From: an uncultured Clostridia bacterium
GTDB lineage: Bacteria > Bacillota > Clostridia > Christensenellales > CAG-917
Reading direction: 5' to 3'
NCBI GenBank assembly: GCA_944360115.1
Contig: CALVTH010000004.1
Span: 3,330-67,329, forward strand
Length of the DNA: 64,000 bases
Each line of letters opens with the position of its first letter. The first letter of the stretch is position 1. The translations under genes were made by a program, and so were the position numbers. Positions 27,222-37,276 of this stretch are shown piece by piece. The notes under the pieces are model-generated. The model did not search any database. It was given only the letters and a program-made list of their open reading frames with translations, and was not told the origin of the DNA.

Positions 27222-28211
27222 ATGGCAAAGAACAATGTCGAAAACAACAGGAAACTCGCCATTCTCACGAGCGGCGGAGATTCGTCGGGCATGAACGCCT
27301 GCATAAGAACCGCCGTGCGTTACGCGATGAACAAGGGTTACGAGGTCTACGGCGTCAGACACGGTTATGTGGGGCTGCTCTCGGACGACATCTTCCAGAT
27401 GCAGTACAACAGCGTGTCCAACTGCGTGCATACGGGCGGCACCATTCTCCGCACGGGCAGAACGGACGAGTTCAAGAAAGTGGCCGTGCAGAAAGAGGCT
27501 GCCAAGAACCTCACCAAGCGCGGAGTCTACAATCTCATCGTCATCGGCGGCGACGGCTCTTTCCGCGGTATAGAGGATCTGCACCAGAACACCAACCTCA
27601 ATGTCATAGGTATCCCCGGCACCATAGATAACGATATGGGCTACACCGACTACACAATCGGTTTCGACACCGCCTGCAACACCGTGCTTGACGCAATGCT
27701 CAAACTGCGCGACACCATAACTTCGCACGACAGAATAATGATACTCGAGGTCATGGGCAGGCTGTGCGGCGACATCGCCCTGAAGACGGCGGTCGCGGGC
27801 GGCGCGGAATATGTCATTCTTCCCGAAGCCCCCGCCGATGTCGACGCCATTGCGGCGAGCGTGAAAAAGGGTTTTGACAAGGGCAAGACTTCCACCATCA
27901 TCGTGCTTGCCGAGGGCAGAAACGACATCAAGGAAGAACTGCGCGAAAAGGTCAAAATCTCCACGGGCAGGACGGTCAACCATGTCGCGCTCAGCTACAT
28001 TCAGAGGGGCGGCACGCCGTCCATGTTCGACAGGGTGCTGGCGTCGCGTATGGCGGCACGCGCCGTCGAACTCATCGAGTGCGGACAGAGCGGCAGAGTG
28101 GTGGGCGTGCGCGGCAGCGACATCATCGACATGAATGTCATAGAGGCGCTCAATTGCCCGAAAAAATTCGACGACAGGCTTTACGCCCTCGCCACCACTA
28201 TAAGCAAATGA
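27222..28211 (+). CDS. pfkA: ATP-dependent 6-phosphofructokinase
   Basis: TSGGDSSGMNA, GGDGSF and GIPGTIDND (Gly at both ATP-type discriminator positions), MGRLCGD. Confidence 0.93.
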   Translation: MAKNNVENNRKLAILTSGGDSSGMNACIRTAVRYAMNKGYEVYGVRHGYVGLLSDDIFQMQYNSVSNCVHTGGTILRTGRTDEFKKVAVQKEAAKNLTKRGVYNLIVIGGDGSFRGIEDLHQNTNLNVIGIPGTIDNDMGYTDYTIGFDTACNTVLDAMLKLRDTITSHDRIMILEVMGRLCGDIALKTAVAGGAEYVILPEAPADVDAIAASVKKGFDKGKTSTIIVLAEGRNDIKEELREKVKISTGRTVNHVALSYIQRGGTPSMFDRVLASRMAARAVELIECGQSGRVVGVRGSDIIDMNVIEALNCPKKFDDRLYALATTISK

Positions 28212-28228
28212 TTCCGACGGAAACACAG

Positions 28229-28259
28229 CCGCCGCACCCGCAGTGCGGCGGTTCTTTTT
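28229..28259 (+). terminator. rho-independent terminator after pfkA
   Basis: CCGCCGCAC-CCGCA-GTGCGGCGG followed by TTCTTTTT. Confidence 0.7.
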
Positions 28260-28443
28260 GCTTTCAGCGACGGATAACAGCCTGCGGGCGAGCGGAAAGC
28301 CCGCGGGCGTTGCTCGTGCGCGCCGACGCATGCGCCCGTGCGCGATTTATTTCGGAAAGGGGCGATATTGCTTGCCCCCGACTGTAAAAAAAGGTATTAT
28401 ATCTGTGTTCGGTATCACCGATAAAACTTTCAGGAGATGAAAT

Positions 28444-29688
28444 ATGAAAAATCTTAAGGGTGCCTGTATGTTCGGGCAGAGCGGCGGTCCCACTTCCGTC
28501 ATCAACAGCAGCGCGGCGGGCGTCTTCGTCGAAGCCCTCCGTCAGGAGAACATCACCGCGGTTTACGGCGCGGAGCACGGCATTGTCGGTATTCTCGGCG
28601 AGAAGTTCTACGATATGTCCAAAGAGGACCCCAGGGAACTCGAACTCTTGAAGTACACCCCGTCTTCGGCTCTCGGTTCCGCGAGATACAAACTCAAGGA
28701 TGTCACCGAGGACGCCACCGATTACGAGCGTATCCTCGAAGTGTTCAAGAAATACGACATCCGTTATTTCTTCTACAACGGCGGCAACGACAGCATGGAC
28801 ACCTGCAATAAGATAAGCAAGTATCTGCAGTCCGTCGGTTACGACTGCAATATCATCGGCGTGCCCAAGACCATAGACAACGACCTCTACGGCACAGACC
28901 ATTGCCCCGGCTACGCCAGCGCGGCGAAGTATATCGCCACCACCCTTATGGAGTGCAACCTCGACGCCAAGGTGTACAACTTCGGTCTCGTTTGCATCAT
29001 CGAGGTTATGGGCAGGAACGCGGGCTGGCTCGCCGCCTCCGCCGAACTCGCCAATTTCAAGGGGCTCGGCGCCGACCTCATCTATCTGCCCGAGGTTCCC
29101 TTCGATGTCGACAAGTTCGTCGAAGATGTCGCCACCGTGTGCGAGCGCAACAACAACAAGTGCATCGCCGTCGTCTCCGAAGGTCTCAAGACCGCCGACG
29201 GCAAATATGTCGGCGACTTCAAGGCGGGCGCGAACGACCTCTTCGGTCACGCCACTCTCGGCGGGCTTGCGGGTATCCTCGGCGGCATAATCAAAGAGAG
29301 ACTCAATGTCAAGGTGCGTCCCATAGAACTCAGCCTCATGCAGCGTTGCGGCGCGCACCTCGCCTCCAAGACGGATGTCGAGGAAGCCTTCAACGCGGGC
29401 GCGTTCGCGGTGCGTTCCGCCGTCGCGGGCGAGACCGACAAAATGGTGGTCTTCGAGCGCGATTACAGCTCCGACAAGTATGTGTGCAAGAATGTGCTCA
29501 TGCCGCTGGAGCTCGCCGCCAACACCGAAAAGACCTTCCCCCTCGAGTGGATAACCGAAGGCGGCAAGGGTATCAGCGAAGAGTTCGTCAAGTACGCGTT
29601 GCCCCTCATTCAGGGCGAAGCCAAAGCGCCGCTCGAAGACGGTCTGCCGAGGTTCGCGCAGCTCAAGAAAATCTACGCACGCAAGTAA
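28444..29688 (+). CDS. PPi-type (Pfp-like) phosphofructokinase, short clostridial form
   Basis: QSGGPTSVIN, GGNDS (Asp where ATP enzymes have Gly), GVPKTIDND (Lys where ATP enzymes have Gly), MGRNAGWLA. 414 aa. Confidence 0.8.
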   Translation: MKNLKGACMFGQSGGPTSVINSSAAGVFVEALRQENITAVYGAEHGIVGILGEKFYDMSKEDPRELELLKYTPSSALGSARYKLKDVTEDATDYERILEVFKKYDIRYFFYNGGNDSMDTCNKISKYLQSVGYDCNIIGVPKTIDNDLYGTDHCPGYASAAKYIATTLMECNLDAKVYNFGLVCIIEVMGRNAGWLAASAELANFKGLGADLIYLPEVPFDVDKFVEDVATVCERNNNKCIAVVSEGLKTADGKYVGDFKAGANDLFGHATLGGLAGILGGIIKERLNVKVRPIELSLMQRCGAHLASKTDVEEAFNAGAFAVRSAVAGETDKMVVFERDYSSDKYVCKNVLMPLELAANTEKTFPLEWITEGGKGISEEFVKYALPLIQGEAKAPLEDGLPRFAQLKKIYARK

Positions 29689-29747
29689 TCCGACAAACGA
29701 AAACGGACGCCGCGGCGTTCGTTTTCTTATATGCGGAGACGGAGACA

Positions 29748-31112
29748 ATGGACAGAGTGACCGTCGGTGACATAATAGAAGGAGTCGTCGTCGACTTCGG
29801 AATGAGCGGAGAGGGTATCGTCAAGATTGGCACATACCCTGTTTTCGTTCCGTTCGCGATAGTGGGCGAAAGGATTCGCGCCAAGATAAATTATGCCAAG
29901 AAGGACTGCGCATTTGCCGACCTTATCGAGGTTTTAACACCGTCAAAAGACAGGATAAAACCCCGTTGTCCGCATTTCGGGCGTTGCGGCGGGTGCGATT
30001 TGCAGCACCTTTCGCACGACGCGCAGGAAGAAATCAAGCGGCAGGGGCTGGCGCGCGTGCTCCGCAAAAACGCGGGACTGGACATCGTCGTTCCCGAGGT
30101 GGTGTCGGGCAGACAGTGGGGGTATCGCAACAAACTCGCCCTGCCCTTCGGCAGAATGGGCAGGCACGGCAAAGTGGTGCTCGGATTCTACGAAAAACGC
30201 TCCCACCGCGTCGTGCCCATGCGGTCGTGTCCTTTGCACGGCGACTGGGCGACGGACCTCATCGCCGATGTCTCCGAATGGGCCAACGAAAACGATGTGT
30301 CCGTCTATGACGAGAACACGGGCAAGGGCTTGCTCCGTCATCTCGTCGCGCGCTTCGTCACCACGCTCTCGCTCACGCTTTCCGTCAACGGAGACAGCGT
30401 GCCGCGTCTCAACAATCTGGTCAAAAAACTCGACAGGCATTTCTCGGGGTATGCCGTCTATGTCTCGCCGCAGAAGCAGAAGAACAATGTCATTCTCGGC
30501 ACGACGGCAACCCTCGTCCACGGCAAGGAAACTCCGCAGGATTTCGGCGCGTTCCGCGCCGTGGTGTCGCCGCTTTCGTTTCTGCAGGTCAACGACGAAA
30601 TGCGCGACGCGCTCTATGCCGCCGCCTGCGGACAAATCGGCGATTGCGACGAAATCGTCGAATTGTATTCGGGGGTGGGATTGCTGACCGCAGAAATAGC
30701 TTCCCGCCTGCCGTCCGTGCGCATAACCGCCGTCGAAATCGTGCCCGAAGCCGTCGTCGACGCCCAAAAACTCACGGACAAACTGGGGCTGTCGGACAGA
30801 GTGCGCGAAGTGTGCGCCGACGCCGCGGAATTTATGCGCAACGGGTTTTCGGAGTCCGCGGAGGGGACAAGACGCGTGGTGTTGCTGGACCCGCCCCGCA
30901 AAGGTTGTGCGCCCGAAGTCGTCGCCGCCGTCAACGCTTCCGACTGTGAAAAGGTGGTCTATATCTCCTGCAATCCCGCCACGCTTTCACGCGATATCGC
31001 ATTGTTTGCCGAAGGCGGCTTCACTCTTTCTCACATACAGCCTTTCGATATGTTCCCCGAGACAATGTGCCTGGAGACCCTGGTCTCGCTGGAGCGCGGG
31101 TTGACAGAATAG
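29748..31112 (+). CDS. rlmD: 23S rRNA (uracil-5-)-methyltransferase, RumA/RlmD family
   Basis: N-terminal TRAM-like domain, Fe-S cysteines CPHFGRCGGCDLQH, SAM-MTase motifs LLDPPRKGC and YISCNPATLSRD. Real start MDRVTV at 29748 within the 28902..31112 ORF. Confidence 0.85.
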   Translation: MDRVTVGDIIEGVVVDFGMSGEGIVKIGTYPVFVPFAIVGERIRAKINYAKKDCAFADLIEVLTPSKDRIKPRCPHFGRCGGCDLQHLSHDAQEEIKRQGLARVLRKNAGLDIVVPEVVSGRQWGYRNKLALPFGRMGRHGKVVLGFYEKRSHRVVPMRSCPLHGDWATDLIADVSEWANENDVSVYDENTGKGLLRHLVARFVTTLSLTLSVNGDSVPRLNNLVKKLDRHFSGYAVYVSPQKQKNNVILGTTATLVHGKETPQDFGAFRAVVSPLSFLQVNDEMRDALYAAACGQIGDCDEIVELYSGVGLLTAEIASRLPSVRITAVEIVPEAVVDAQKLTDKLGLSDRVREVCADAAEFMRNGFSESAEGTRRVVLLDPPRKGCAPEVVAAVNASDCEKVVYISCNPATLSRDIALFAEGGFTLSHIQPFDMFPETMCLETLVSLERGLTE

Positions 31113-31163
31113 GCTCAGCCGGTATATAACTGTATCGGAATCCGTAATACGGGAGGGTACACT

Positions 31164-31898
31164 ATGAAGAAACTTCTTGCGACATTGTTGTGCGTGGTCG
31201 TGCTGGCGGTCTGCGCGGCGGCGGTACTCACCGCGTGCGGAGACGGCTCCAAGGAACAGGGAGGAGGCGGAGAGAGCAAGCCCGTCTCTTATTCCGTTTC
31301 CTGCGAAGAGGACGATGTTTTCGGAGACTATTACGATCTGAGGACCGACTACACCAAAGTCGGCGCGGGCGAGACCGTGACCGTTACCGTCGATTACGAA
31401 GATTGGAATTTTCTCGAGGCAGCCAAGGTGTACGCCAACGGCACGGAATGTGCGGCAGGCGCCGCCGAGGGCACCTATACTTTCGTTATGCCCGCCGCGG
31501 ATGTTACCGTGACTGCGGAAATGCGCGTACTCAGCGTCCCCACCGCCGAGAGCGGCATGGGTTGGACGAGAACGCACGACCTTGTGGCGGACGGACTCAA
31601 CAACTCTTTTGAGGTTACTTTCGGCACGAAAGGCGTGCAGAACACAATCGTGACGAACAGCGACGGCTATTCCACGATGATGTATGTGGAGGTTATTTCG
31701 ACCAATCGGGAAGTCATGCCGAACGAAGCCGTGACCCGCATTCAGAAGACCAGCGGCAATTCTTTGGATGCGTATGTGGCAACGGTGTCTTTCGATTCCG
31801 AGCTGCTTTCGCCGGGGCAGACCACCATCATTCTCATTGACAAGGACAACGACAGGGCAATCACCCTCGATGTCACCGTCGTGGCGAAGAATTACTGA
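31164..31898 (+). CDS. hypothetical lipoprotein (244 aa)
   Basis: GGGAGGG RBS and a signal peptide with lipobox LTAC. No family recognised. Confidence 0.6.
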   Translation: MKKLLATLLCVVVLAVCAAAVLTACGDGSKEQGGGGESKPVSYSVSCEEDDVFGDYYDLRTDYTKVGAGETVTVTVDYEDWNFLEAAKVYANGTECAAGAAEGTYTFVMPAADVTVTAEMRVLSVPTAESGMGWTRTHDLVADGLNNSFEVTFGTKGVQNTIVTNSDGYSTMMYVEVISTNREVMPNEAVTRIQKTSGNSLDAYVATVSFDSELLSPGQTTIILIDKDNDRAITLDVTVVAKNY

Positions 31899-32032
31899 GC
31901 GCGGGCGAGAACGGCGTCTCGGAAAGGAATGGGGACGGGGAGCGGAGCGCTCTCCGTCTTTTATTTTCGGTCTTGTGCGCGGGCGTGCGGCGGGGTAGAA
32001 TAAAAAGACGGGGAGTGACCCGCGGAGGAGAT

Positions 32033-32464
32033 ATGGAATACGCAAAGGCAGGCGGCGTGATTGTCGCAAGGTTGGAAGTCGGCGAGGAAATCGTGGACAG
32101 CGTGCGTGCGATTGCCCGACGCGAAAACGTAATCTTTGCCGAGGTAAGCGGAATAGGCGCGGTGAAAGAGTTCGACGTGAGCGTGTACGACGTCTCTGCA
32201 AAAAGATATTACGACAATTCGTACGCAGAGCCAATGGAACTCACGTCTCTGCTGGGCACGGTTACGCGCAAGGACGGCGAACCGTATGTGCACCTTCACG
32301 CGACGGCGGGCGGCGGCGACGGCAGGGCGTACGGCGGACATCTCAAACGCGCCGTCATAGGAGCCACTTGCGAACTGGTATTGCGCACCGCAGATATTGC
32401 GGTGGGCAGAAAAACCGACGAAGTCACGGGTCTCAATATGTTTGATTTTACGGAGGTATTATGA
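32033..32464 (+). CDS. PPC (DUF296) domain protein
   Basis: VIVARLEVGEEIVDSVRAIARRENV...SGIGAV...ELTSLLGTV...PYVHLHATAG...GGHL fits the PPC/DUF296 pattern. GGAGGAG RBS. Confidence 0.7.
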   Translation: MEYAKAGGVIVARLEVGEEIVDSVRAIARRENVIFAEVSGIGAVKEFDVSVYDVSAKRYYDNSYAEPMELTSLLGTVTRKDGEPYVHLHATAGGGDGRAYGGHLKRAVIGATCELVLRTADIAVGRKTDEVTGLNMFDFTEVL

Positions 32465-32838
32465 GCAGCGTGAAGACGATTGCGCTCATTGCGCACGACC
32501 ACAAAAAGGACGAAATGCTCGCCTGGGCGGCGGGGCACGCCGAAATTCTCAAAAAGTACAGCCTTTGCGGGACGGGCACCACTGCAAGACTCGTCTCGGA
32601 AGCCACGGGGCTTAATGTCAGACGGTATCTTTCGGGTCCGCTGGGCGGCGACCAGCAGATAGGAGCCAAGATAGCCGAAGGCGAAATAGATATGGTGGTG
32701 TTTTTCTGGGACCCGCTGGAAGCGCAGCCCCACGACCCCGATGTCAAAGCGCTTTTGCGAATAGCCGTGGTGTACGACATTCCCATTGCCACCAACAAAG
32801 CCACCGCGGATTTCGTGATACATTCCGCCCTTATGTGA
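32461..32838 (+). CDS. mgsA: methylglyoxal synthase
   Basis: IALIAHDHKKDEM, GTGTTA, SGPLGGDQQIGA and FFWDPL...PHDPDVKALLR are canonical MgsA motifs. The start overlaps the upstream stop (ATGA). Confidence 0.95.
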   Translation: MSSVKTIALIAHDHKKDEMLAWAAGHAEILKKYSLCGTGTTARLVSEATGLNVRRYLSGPLGGDQQIGAKIAEGEIDMVVFFWDPLEAQPHDPDVKALLRIAVVYDIPIATNKATADFVIHSALM

Positions 32839-32870
32839 ACGGAGCGGGGACCGACCTTTCGGAGGATAAC

Positions 32871-34436
32871 GTGACGGATAAAGAGAGATTGGAGCGGTAC
32901 ACTTCCGTTGTGCCTTCCGCGAGGCAGAAAGCCGTGCAGGAGGACTCTTTCAACATATTTATCCATTACGGTATAAACACGTTCACGGGCAAGGAATGGG
33001 GCGACGGGACGGCGCCCGCGTCGTTGTTCAATCCCACCGCGCAAAACACCGACGACTGGGTGCGGTGCGCGAAATCGGCGGGAGCAAAGGGCGTCATTCT
33101 CACCTGCAAACATCACGACGGATTCTGTCTGTGGCAGACGGATACGACGGACTACTCGGTGCGTTCGTCGCCGTACAGGGACGGGAAAGGCGACATCGTC
33201 GCGGAAGTCGCGGACAGTTGCCGCAGATTCGGGCTGAAGTTCGGCATTTATCTTTCCCCCTGGGACAGGAACAGCGAATTTTACGGGACGGACAAGTACA
33301 ACGACTTTTACGTCCGTCAACTCACCGAATTGCTCACCCGCTATGGAGATATTTTCTGCGTGTGGCTGGACGGAGCGTGCGGCTCCTATATGGACGGAAA
33401 ACCCCGTCAGAAATACGATTTCGAAAGATATTACGCCACCGTGCGCGAGTTGCAACCCGACGCCTGCATATCCAACTGCGGTCCCGATATACGTTGGGTG
33501 GGCAACGAAGCGGGAATCGCGCGGGAGAACGAAAGAAATGTCGTGCCTGCGTTCGCCTTCGACACCCAGACCATTCAGGACAACTCCCAGCAATCCGACG
33601 GCGGGCCGATGAAAAACATAGGCATAACCGCGGAGGACCTCGGAAGCCGTGCGGTTCTGGACGGGCACGACAAACTGATATGGTATCCCGCGGAAGCCGA
33701 CGTTTCCGTGCGTCCCGGCTGGTTCTATCACGCTTCGCAGGACGGGCTCGTGCGGTCGCTCAAAAATTTGTTGAGGATATGGTACGGCACCGTGGGCGGC
33801 AACTGTCTCTTGCTGCTCAACGTTCCGCCTGACAGGAGCGGCAATATCGCCGCCGCGGACAGGAAGCGGCTCGCCGAATTGGGCGAAACGCTGAAATCGC
33901 ATTTCGCGCGTCCCGTGGCTTGCACATACGAGTGTGCGGAAGAGACCGCGCAATTTCCCGCCTCCAATCTTTCCGCCGACGACGACACATACTTCGTGCC
34001 GAGGGGCGTGACGTGCGGCGTGGTTATGAAATTCGACGGCGAAAAACGCGTCGACAAGGTACTGCTCAGGGAGAACTGCGATTTCTCGGAGCGTATAGAA
34101 CGCGCGGACATTTCCGTGTTCCGCAAGGGCAAATGGAAGAAAGTCGCTTCCGTGGAATCGGTGGGATTCCGCAGGGTGGCGGTCTTCGACAGACCGAGGA
34201 AATGCACGGCAATCCGCCTGGACGTAACGGAGAGCAGATTGCAACCGCACCTGGCCTGCGCGATTCCCTACGAATACGGCGGCAGGATTCCCAAAGCGCC
34301 GTGGTACGCCCCCCTGGTCAGGCTGGTGCACAAATTGAATTACGCCGTTTACATGAGCCGCGAGAACGCCGCGAGACGCAGGGCGGAGAAGCGCGCCGCG
34401 AAAGACGGAGGCGTCGGGGGCGACGATATACGTTGA
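32871..34436 (+). CDS. alpha-L-fucosidase (GH29) with C-terminal beta-sandwich-like domain
   Basis: FNIFIHYGINTF and KHHDGFCLWQT are GH29 motifs. GGAGGA RBS before GTG 32871. An alternative GTG at 32835 overlaps the mgsA stop. Confidence 0.8.
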   Translation: MTDKERLERYTSVVPSARQKAVQEDSFNIFIHYGINTFTGKEWGDGTAPASLFNPTAQNTDDWVRCAKSAGAKGVILTCKHHDGFCLWQTDTTDYSVRSSPYRDGKGDIVAEVADSCRRFGLKFGIYLSPWDRNSEFYGTDKYNDFYVRQLTELLTRYGDIFCVWLDGACGSYMDGKPRQKYDFERYYATVRELQPDACISNCGPDIRWVGNEAGIARENERNVVPAFAFDTQTIQDNSQQSDGGPMKNIGITAEDLGSRAVLDGHDKLIWYPAEADVSVRPGWFYHASQDGLVRSLKNLLRIWYGTVGGNCLLLLNVPPDRSGNIAAADRKRLAELGETLKSHFARPVACTYECAEETAQFPASNLSADDDTYFVPRGVTCGVVMKFDGEKRVDKVLLRENCDFSERIERADISVFRKGKWKKVASVESVGFRRVAVFDRPRKCTAIRLDVTESRLQPHLACAIPYEYGGRIPKAPWYAPLVRLVHKLNYAVYMSRENAARRRAEKRAAKDGGVGGDDIR

Positions 34437-34499
34437 TTTGAGTGCCTCTTTCGCGCGGGCTGCGCGCGAGAAAACCGACATTTTCGCAAAAATTGTCCA

Positions 34500-34529
34500 T
34501 TGAACAGGATATATCCCTTGTGTTACAAT
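34500..34529 (+). promoter_or_regulatory. promoter (TTGAAC, 18 nt, TGtTACAAT)
   Basis: TTGAAC at 34500-34505. Extended -10 TGTTACAAT ends at 34529. Confidence 0.5.
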
Positions 34530-34562
34530 TTAACTAATCTAGAGCACTTCAGGAGGGTGTTT

Positions 34563-35837
34563 ATGGCTGATCTTAGCAAACTTATCAACGAAAAAGCCGA
34601 AAGTGCGCAGTATATGATCGACGGCATCACCGCCGTCATCAAGAATTGCGAAAAGCGCGCGCCCGGCAGCGAAGGCGAGAAGCAGGCGTGCGAGTATATG
34701 GCGGATGTCCTGAAGAACGATTGCGGCTGCGAAAGAGCGGATGTTGAATCGTTCAAGCTTCATCCCTATTCTTTCCTCGGTTGGATTTATTTCACCGTCA
34801 CTTTCGCGCTTGCGGGTATGATATTGTTCTTCTTTATGCCCGCGCTTGCAGCCGCGCTCATCGCGCTCGGGTTCCTCATCATGGTGGTGCAGTTCGGTTT
34901 CTACCGCAAACTCATCGACTTCGTGTTCCCCGAAAAGACCGGCCACAATGTCACCGCAATAAAGAAATGCACGGGCGAAGTCAAAGCCAGGATTTTCTTC
35001 AACGGTCACCCCGACGCCGCCTGGAACTGGCCCGTCAACAACAAGTGGGGCGGAAGTGTTTACGAAGCGCACATCGGTCTCAGCGTCGTGGGCGCTCTCG
35101 TCTCCCTCGTGCTGTGCATCGTTGCGGCGGTCAGGCTGGAAGGCGGCTATATGGAAGTCTTCACCCTCGACGCTTACACCGCGGTTTACGGCGACGCGCT
35201 CTTCTGGTGCGGCATAGCCGTGCTCGTCTTTGCGCCCCTGCTCATCGGTATGTACTGGATGTGGGATCCCAAGACCACCGTCGACGGCGCCAACGACAAC
35301 CTCACCGGTTGCTATATGGGCATCGCCATTCTCAAGGCGATGAAAGACGCGGGTATCGAACTCGAACACACCGAAGTCGGCGTCATCCTCTCCGGTTCCG
35401 AAGAGGCCGGTCTGCGCGGCGCGAAGGCGTGGGTGCAACAGCATAAAGGCGAGTTCGACGATGTGCCCACATGGATTTACAGCTACGACACCATTCACGC
35501 CAGCAAGTTCCTCGGCGTCAACTACCGCGACCTCAACGCCACCGTCAAGGCGGACAAGGAGGTCAGCGACACCTTTATGGAGAGCGCCAAAGAACTCGGT
35601 ATCAAGTGCAACAAGACCCTCGTTCCTCCTCTCGGCGGCGCGACGGATTCCGCGGCGTTTGCGCAGGGCGGATACAAGGTCACGGGTATCACCGCGCTCA
35701 ACCATGTCCTCGAGGATTACTATCACACCCTGAAGGACAGCTACGACAACCTCGACAAGGACTGCCTCGCCGACTGCTATGCAATCAGCGTCAGGTGCCT
35801 CGAGAAGTTCGACGACAAGTACGGTCAGGGCAAATAA
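34563..35837 (+). CDS. membrane-associated M28 family metallopeptidase
   Basis: AGGAGGG RBS. Internal TM segments and M28-type motifs GHPDA, NDNLTG, SGSEEAGLRGAKAW, GATDSAAF. Confidence 0.7.
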   Translation: MADLSKLINEKAESAQYMIDGITAVIKNCEKRAPGSEGEKQACEYMADVLKNDCGCERADVESFKLHPYSFLGWIYFTVTFALAGMILFFFMPALAAALIALGFLIMVVQFGFYRKLIDFVFPEKTGHNVTAIKKCTGEVKARIFFNGHPDAAWNWPVNNKWGGSVYEAHIGLSVVGALVSLVLCIVAAVRLEGGYMEVFTLDAYTAVYGDALFWCGIAVLVFAPLLIGMYWMWDPKTTVDGANDNLTGCYMGIAILKAMKDAGIELEHTEVGVILSGSEEAGLRGAKAWVQQHKGEFDDVPTWIYSYDTIHASKFLGVNYRDLNATVKADKEVSDTFMESAKELGIKCNKTLVPPLGGATDSAAFAQGGYKVTGITALNHVLEDYYHTLKDSYDNLDKDCLADCYAISVRCLEKFDDKYGQGK

Positions 35838-35851
35838 TCGCACACGCACCG

Positions 35852-35880
35852 AAAAGGCTCCCGCGGGAGCCTTTTCTTTC
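35852..35880 (+). terminator. rho-independent terminator
   Basis: AAAA-GGCTCC-CGCG-GGAGCC-TTTTCTTT. Confidence 0.7.
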
Positions 35881-35956
35881 GGCGTGTTCCGACGCCCGAT
35901 AAAACCGTTTCGACAACCGTCGCAGGTATAATGGAACCAATACCTGCGATTCGGAG

Positions 35957-37204
35957 ATGTTTGTGAAAACGAATTTCAACGACAATTTGAACGATGTGGC
36001 GGTGGCTTTTGTCGCCCGTCATCCGCTTTTGTCCTTTGCGGAAAAGGATTGCGTTGACGCGGAGCGCGCCGTCGTGCGCGAAGGCGTGTCGTTTGCCGTC
36101 GCCGTCGTCGGCGAGGGCGAGACCGCCGACGGTCTGCTTGCCGTGCTTATGACCGACAGCGTCTTCCCGTGCGGGCGTGACGGCCTTGCAAAGGTGAGTT
36201 ATTTCGTGGCCGACAACCCGTATGCGGAGTCCGACTATCGCAATGGAGCGGGGAAATACGACGAATTTCTCGCGGACGGCTCCGACCGCGCGGAAGATTA
36301 TCTTCCTTTTCCACCCGTGCCGTGGAATGTGACTTTCGGCAGCGGCGACGCGCAGACGCTTTGCGATTTCCTCGGTTGCGCGGAACGCGGCGTCTCCGCG
36401 GTTATATTCTGTGACGACGACGAGGAGAAGAACGACGCCGCGGCGGCGAGATTCGTGGCATACCGCAAAGAACGCGGCGGCGAAATGCCGACGGTGTTTG
36501 CGTATAAACGCGGCGAAGCGGAGCGCGGTGCGGTATCGTTTTTCGGTGACGATTCCGAGGAGACGGCAAACGCGGTGCGATTGCTTGCGGCGGAGCGCCA
36601 CAAGACCTATCTTGCTGAGTGGATGAGCGGTTGCACCGAAGCCGAGCTCAACGCGGCGGCGGAAAAGGACATCGCCGCCATGTCGTCCGTGATTGCGGGT
36701 TCGAATGTGCTTGCGGCGCTCAACTTGCGCACAAAGGCGTTGCTTGCGGGCTTCGACATTGCGCCGGAGGACGATGTCCGTCCGGACGAAGGCGCAGCGT
36801 TTATGGAAATTTATCGGCAAGGCGACGCAATAGTTTACGGCGATGACAAAATAAACGGCAAACCCGTCATCGTTTATCGAAACGCCGACTTCGAGAGAAA
36901 CAGCCTGCGGGTGGCTTTTGCCCGTCAGGAGCATGCGCGATGGAACGCATACATGATTTCGAGAGGTTTTTTGCCGTCTTCACTCGCGGACATCGCGAGC
37001 GATACGAAAGGCAAGGATATGGCGGGCAGGCGGCACGGCAACATCACGACATTCGACGGATTAAAAACATTCCGCAGGATCGTGGCGGAACATTTCGGCA
37101 AAAGCGAGGAATCCACGGATGTCATCAGGTACGATTTTCAGATCATGGACGACGCGGAATGGTTTGTGCGCCGCGCGGGCTGCAAAATCGTGCGAAGGCA
37201 ATAG
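35957..37204 (+). CDS. hypothetical protein with C-terminal RyR-like repeat
   Basis: Own TATAAT box (in GGTATAATGG) about 30 nt upstream. C-terminal QEHARWNAYMISRGF...KDMAGRRHGNITTFDGL...IRYDFQIMD resembles the bacterial RyR-domain pattern (EHxRW...GW...K..H..L..ff.L...yD). The N-terminal 300 aa are unrecognised. Confidence 0.55.
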   Translation: MFVKTNFNDNLNDVAVAFVARHPLLSFAEKDCVDAERAVVREGVSFAVAVVGEGETADGLLAVLMTDSVFPCGRDGLAKVSYFVADNPYAESDYRNGAGKYDEFLADGSDRAEDYLPFPPVPWNVTFGSGDAQTLCDFLGCAERGVSAVIFCDDDEEKNDAAAARFVAYRKERGGEMPTVFAYKRGEAERGAVSFFGDDSEETANAVRLLAAERHKTYLAEWMSGCTEAELNAAAEKDIAAMSSVIAGSNVLAALNLRTKALLAGFDIAPEDDVRPDEGAAFMEIYRQGDAIVYGDDKINGKPVIVYRNADFERNSLRVAFARQEHARWNAYMISRGFLPSSLADIASDTKGKDMAGRRHGNITTFDGLKTFRRIVAEHFGKSEESTDVIRYDFQIMDDAEWFVRRAGCKIVRRQ

Positions 37205-37276
37205 GGTGCGAGTCCGTCTGCGCGGAAACACACGACAAACAAGGCGGTCGTCACCGTCAAAGGCAAGGCGGAAGGT

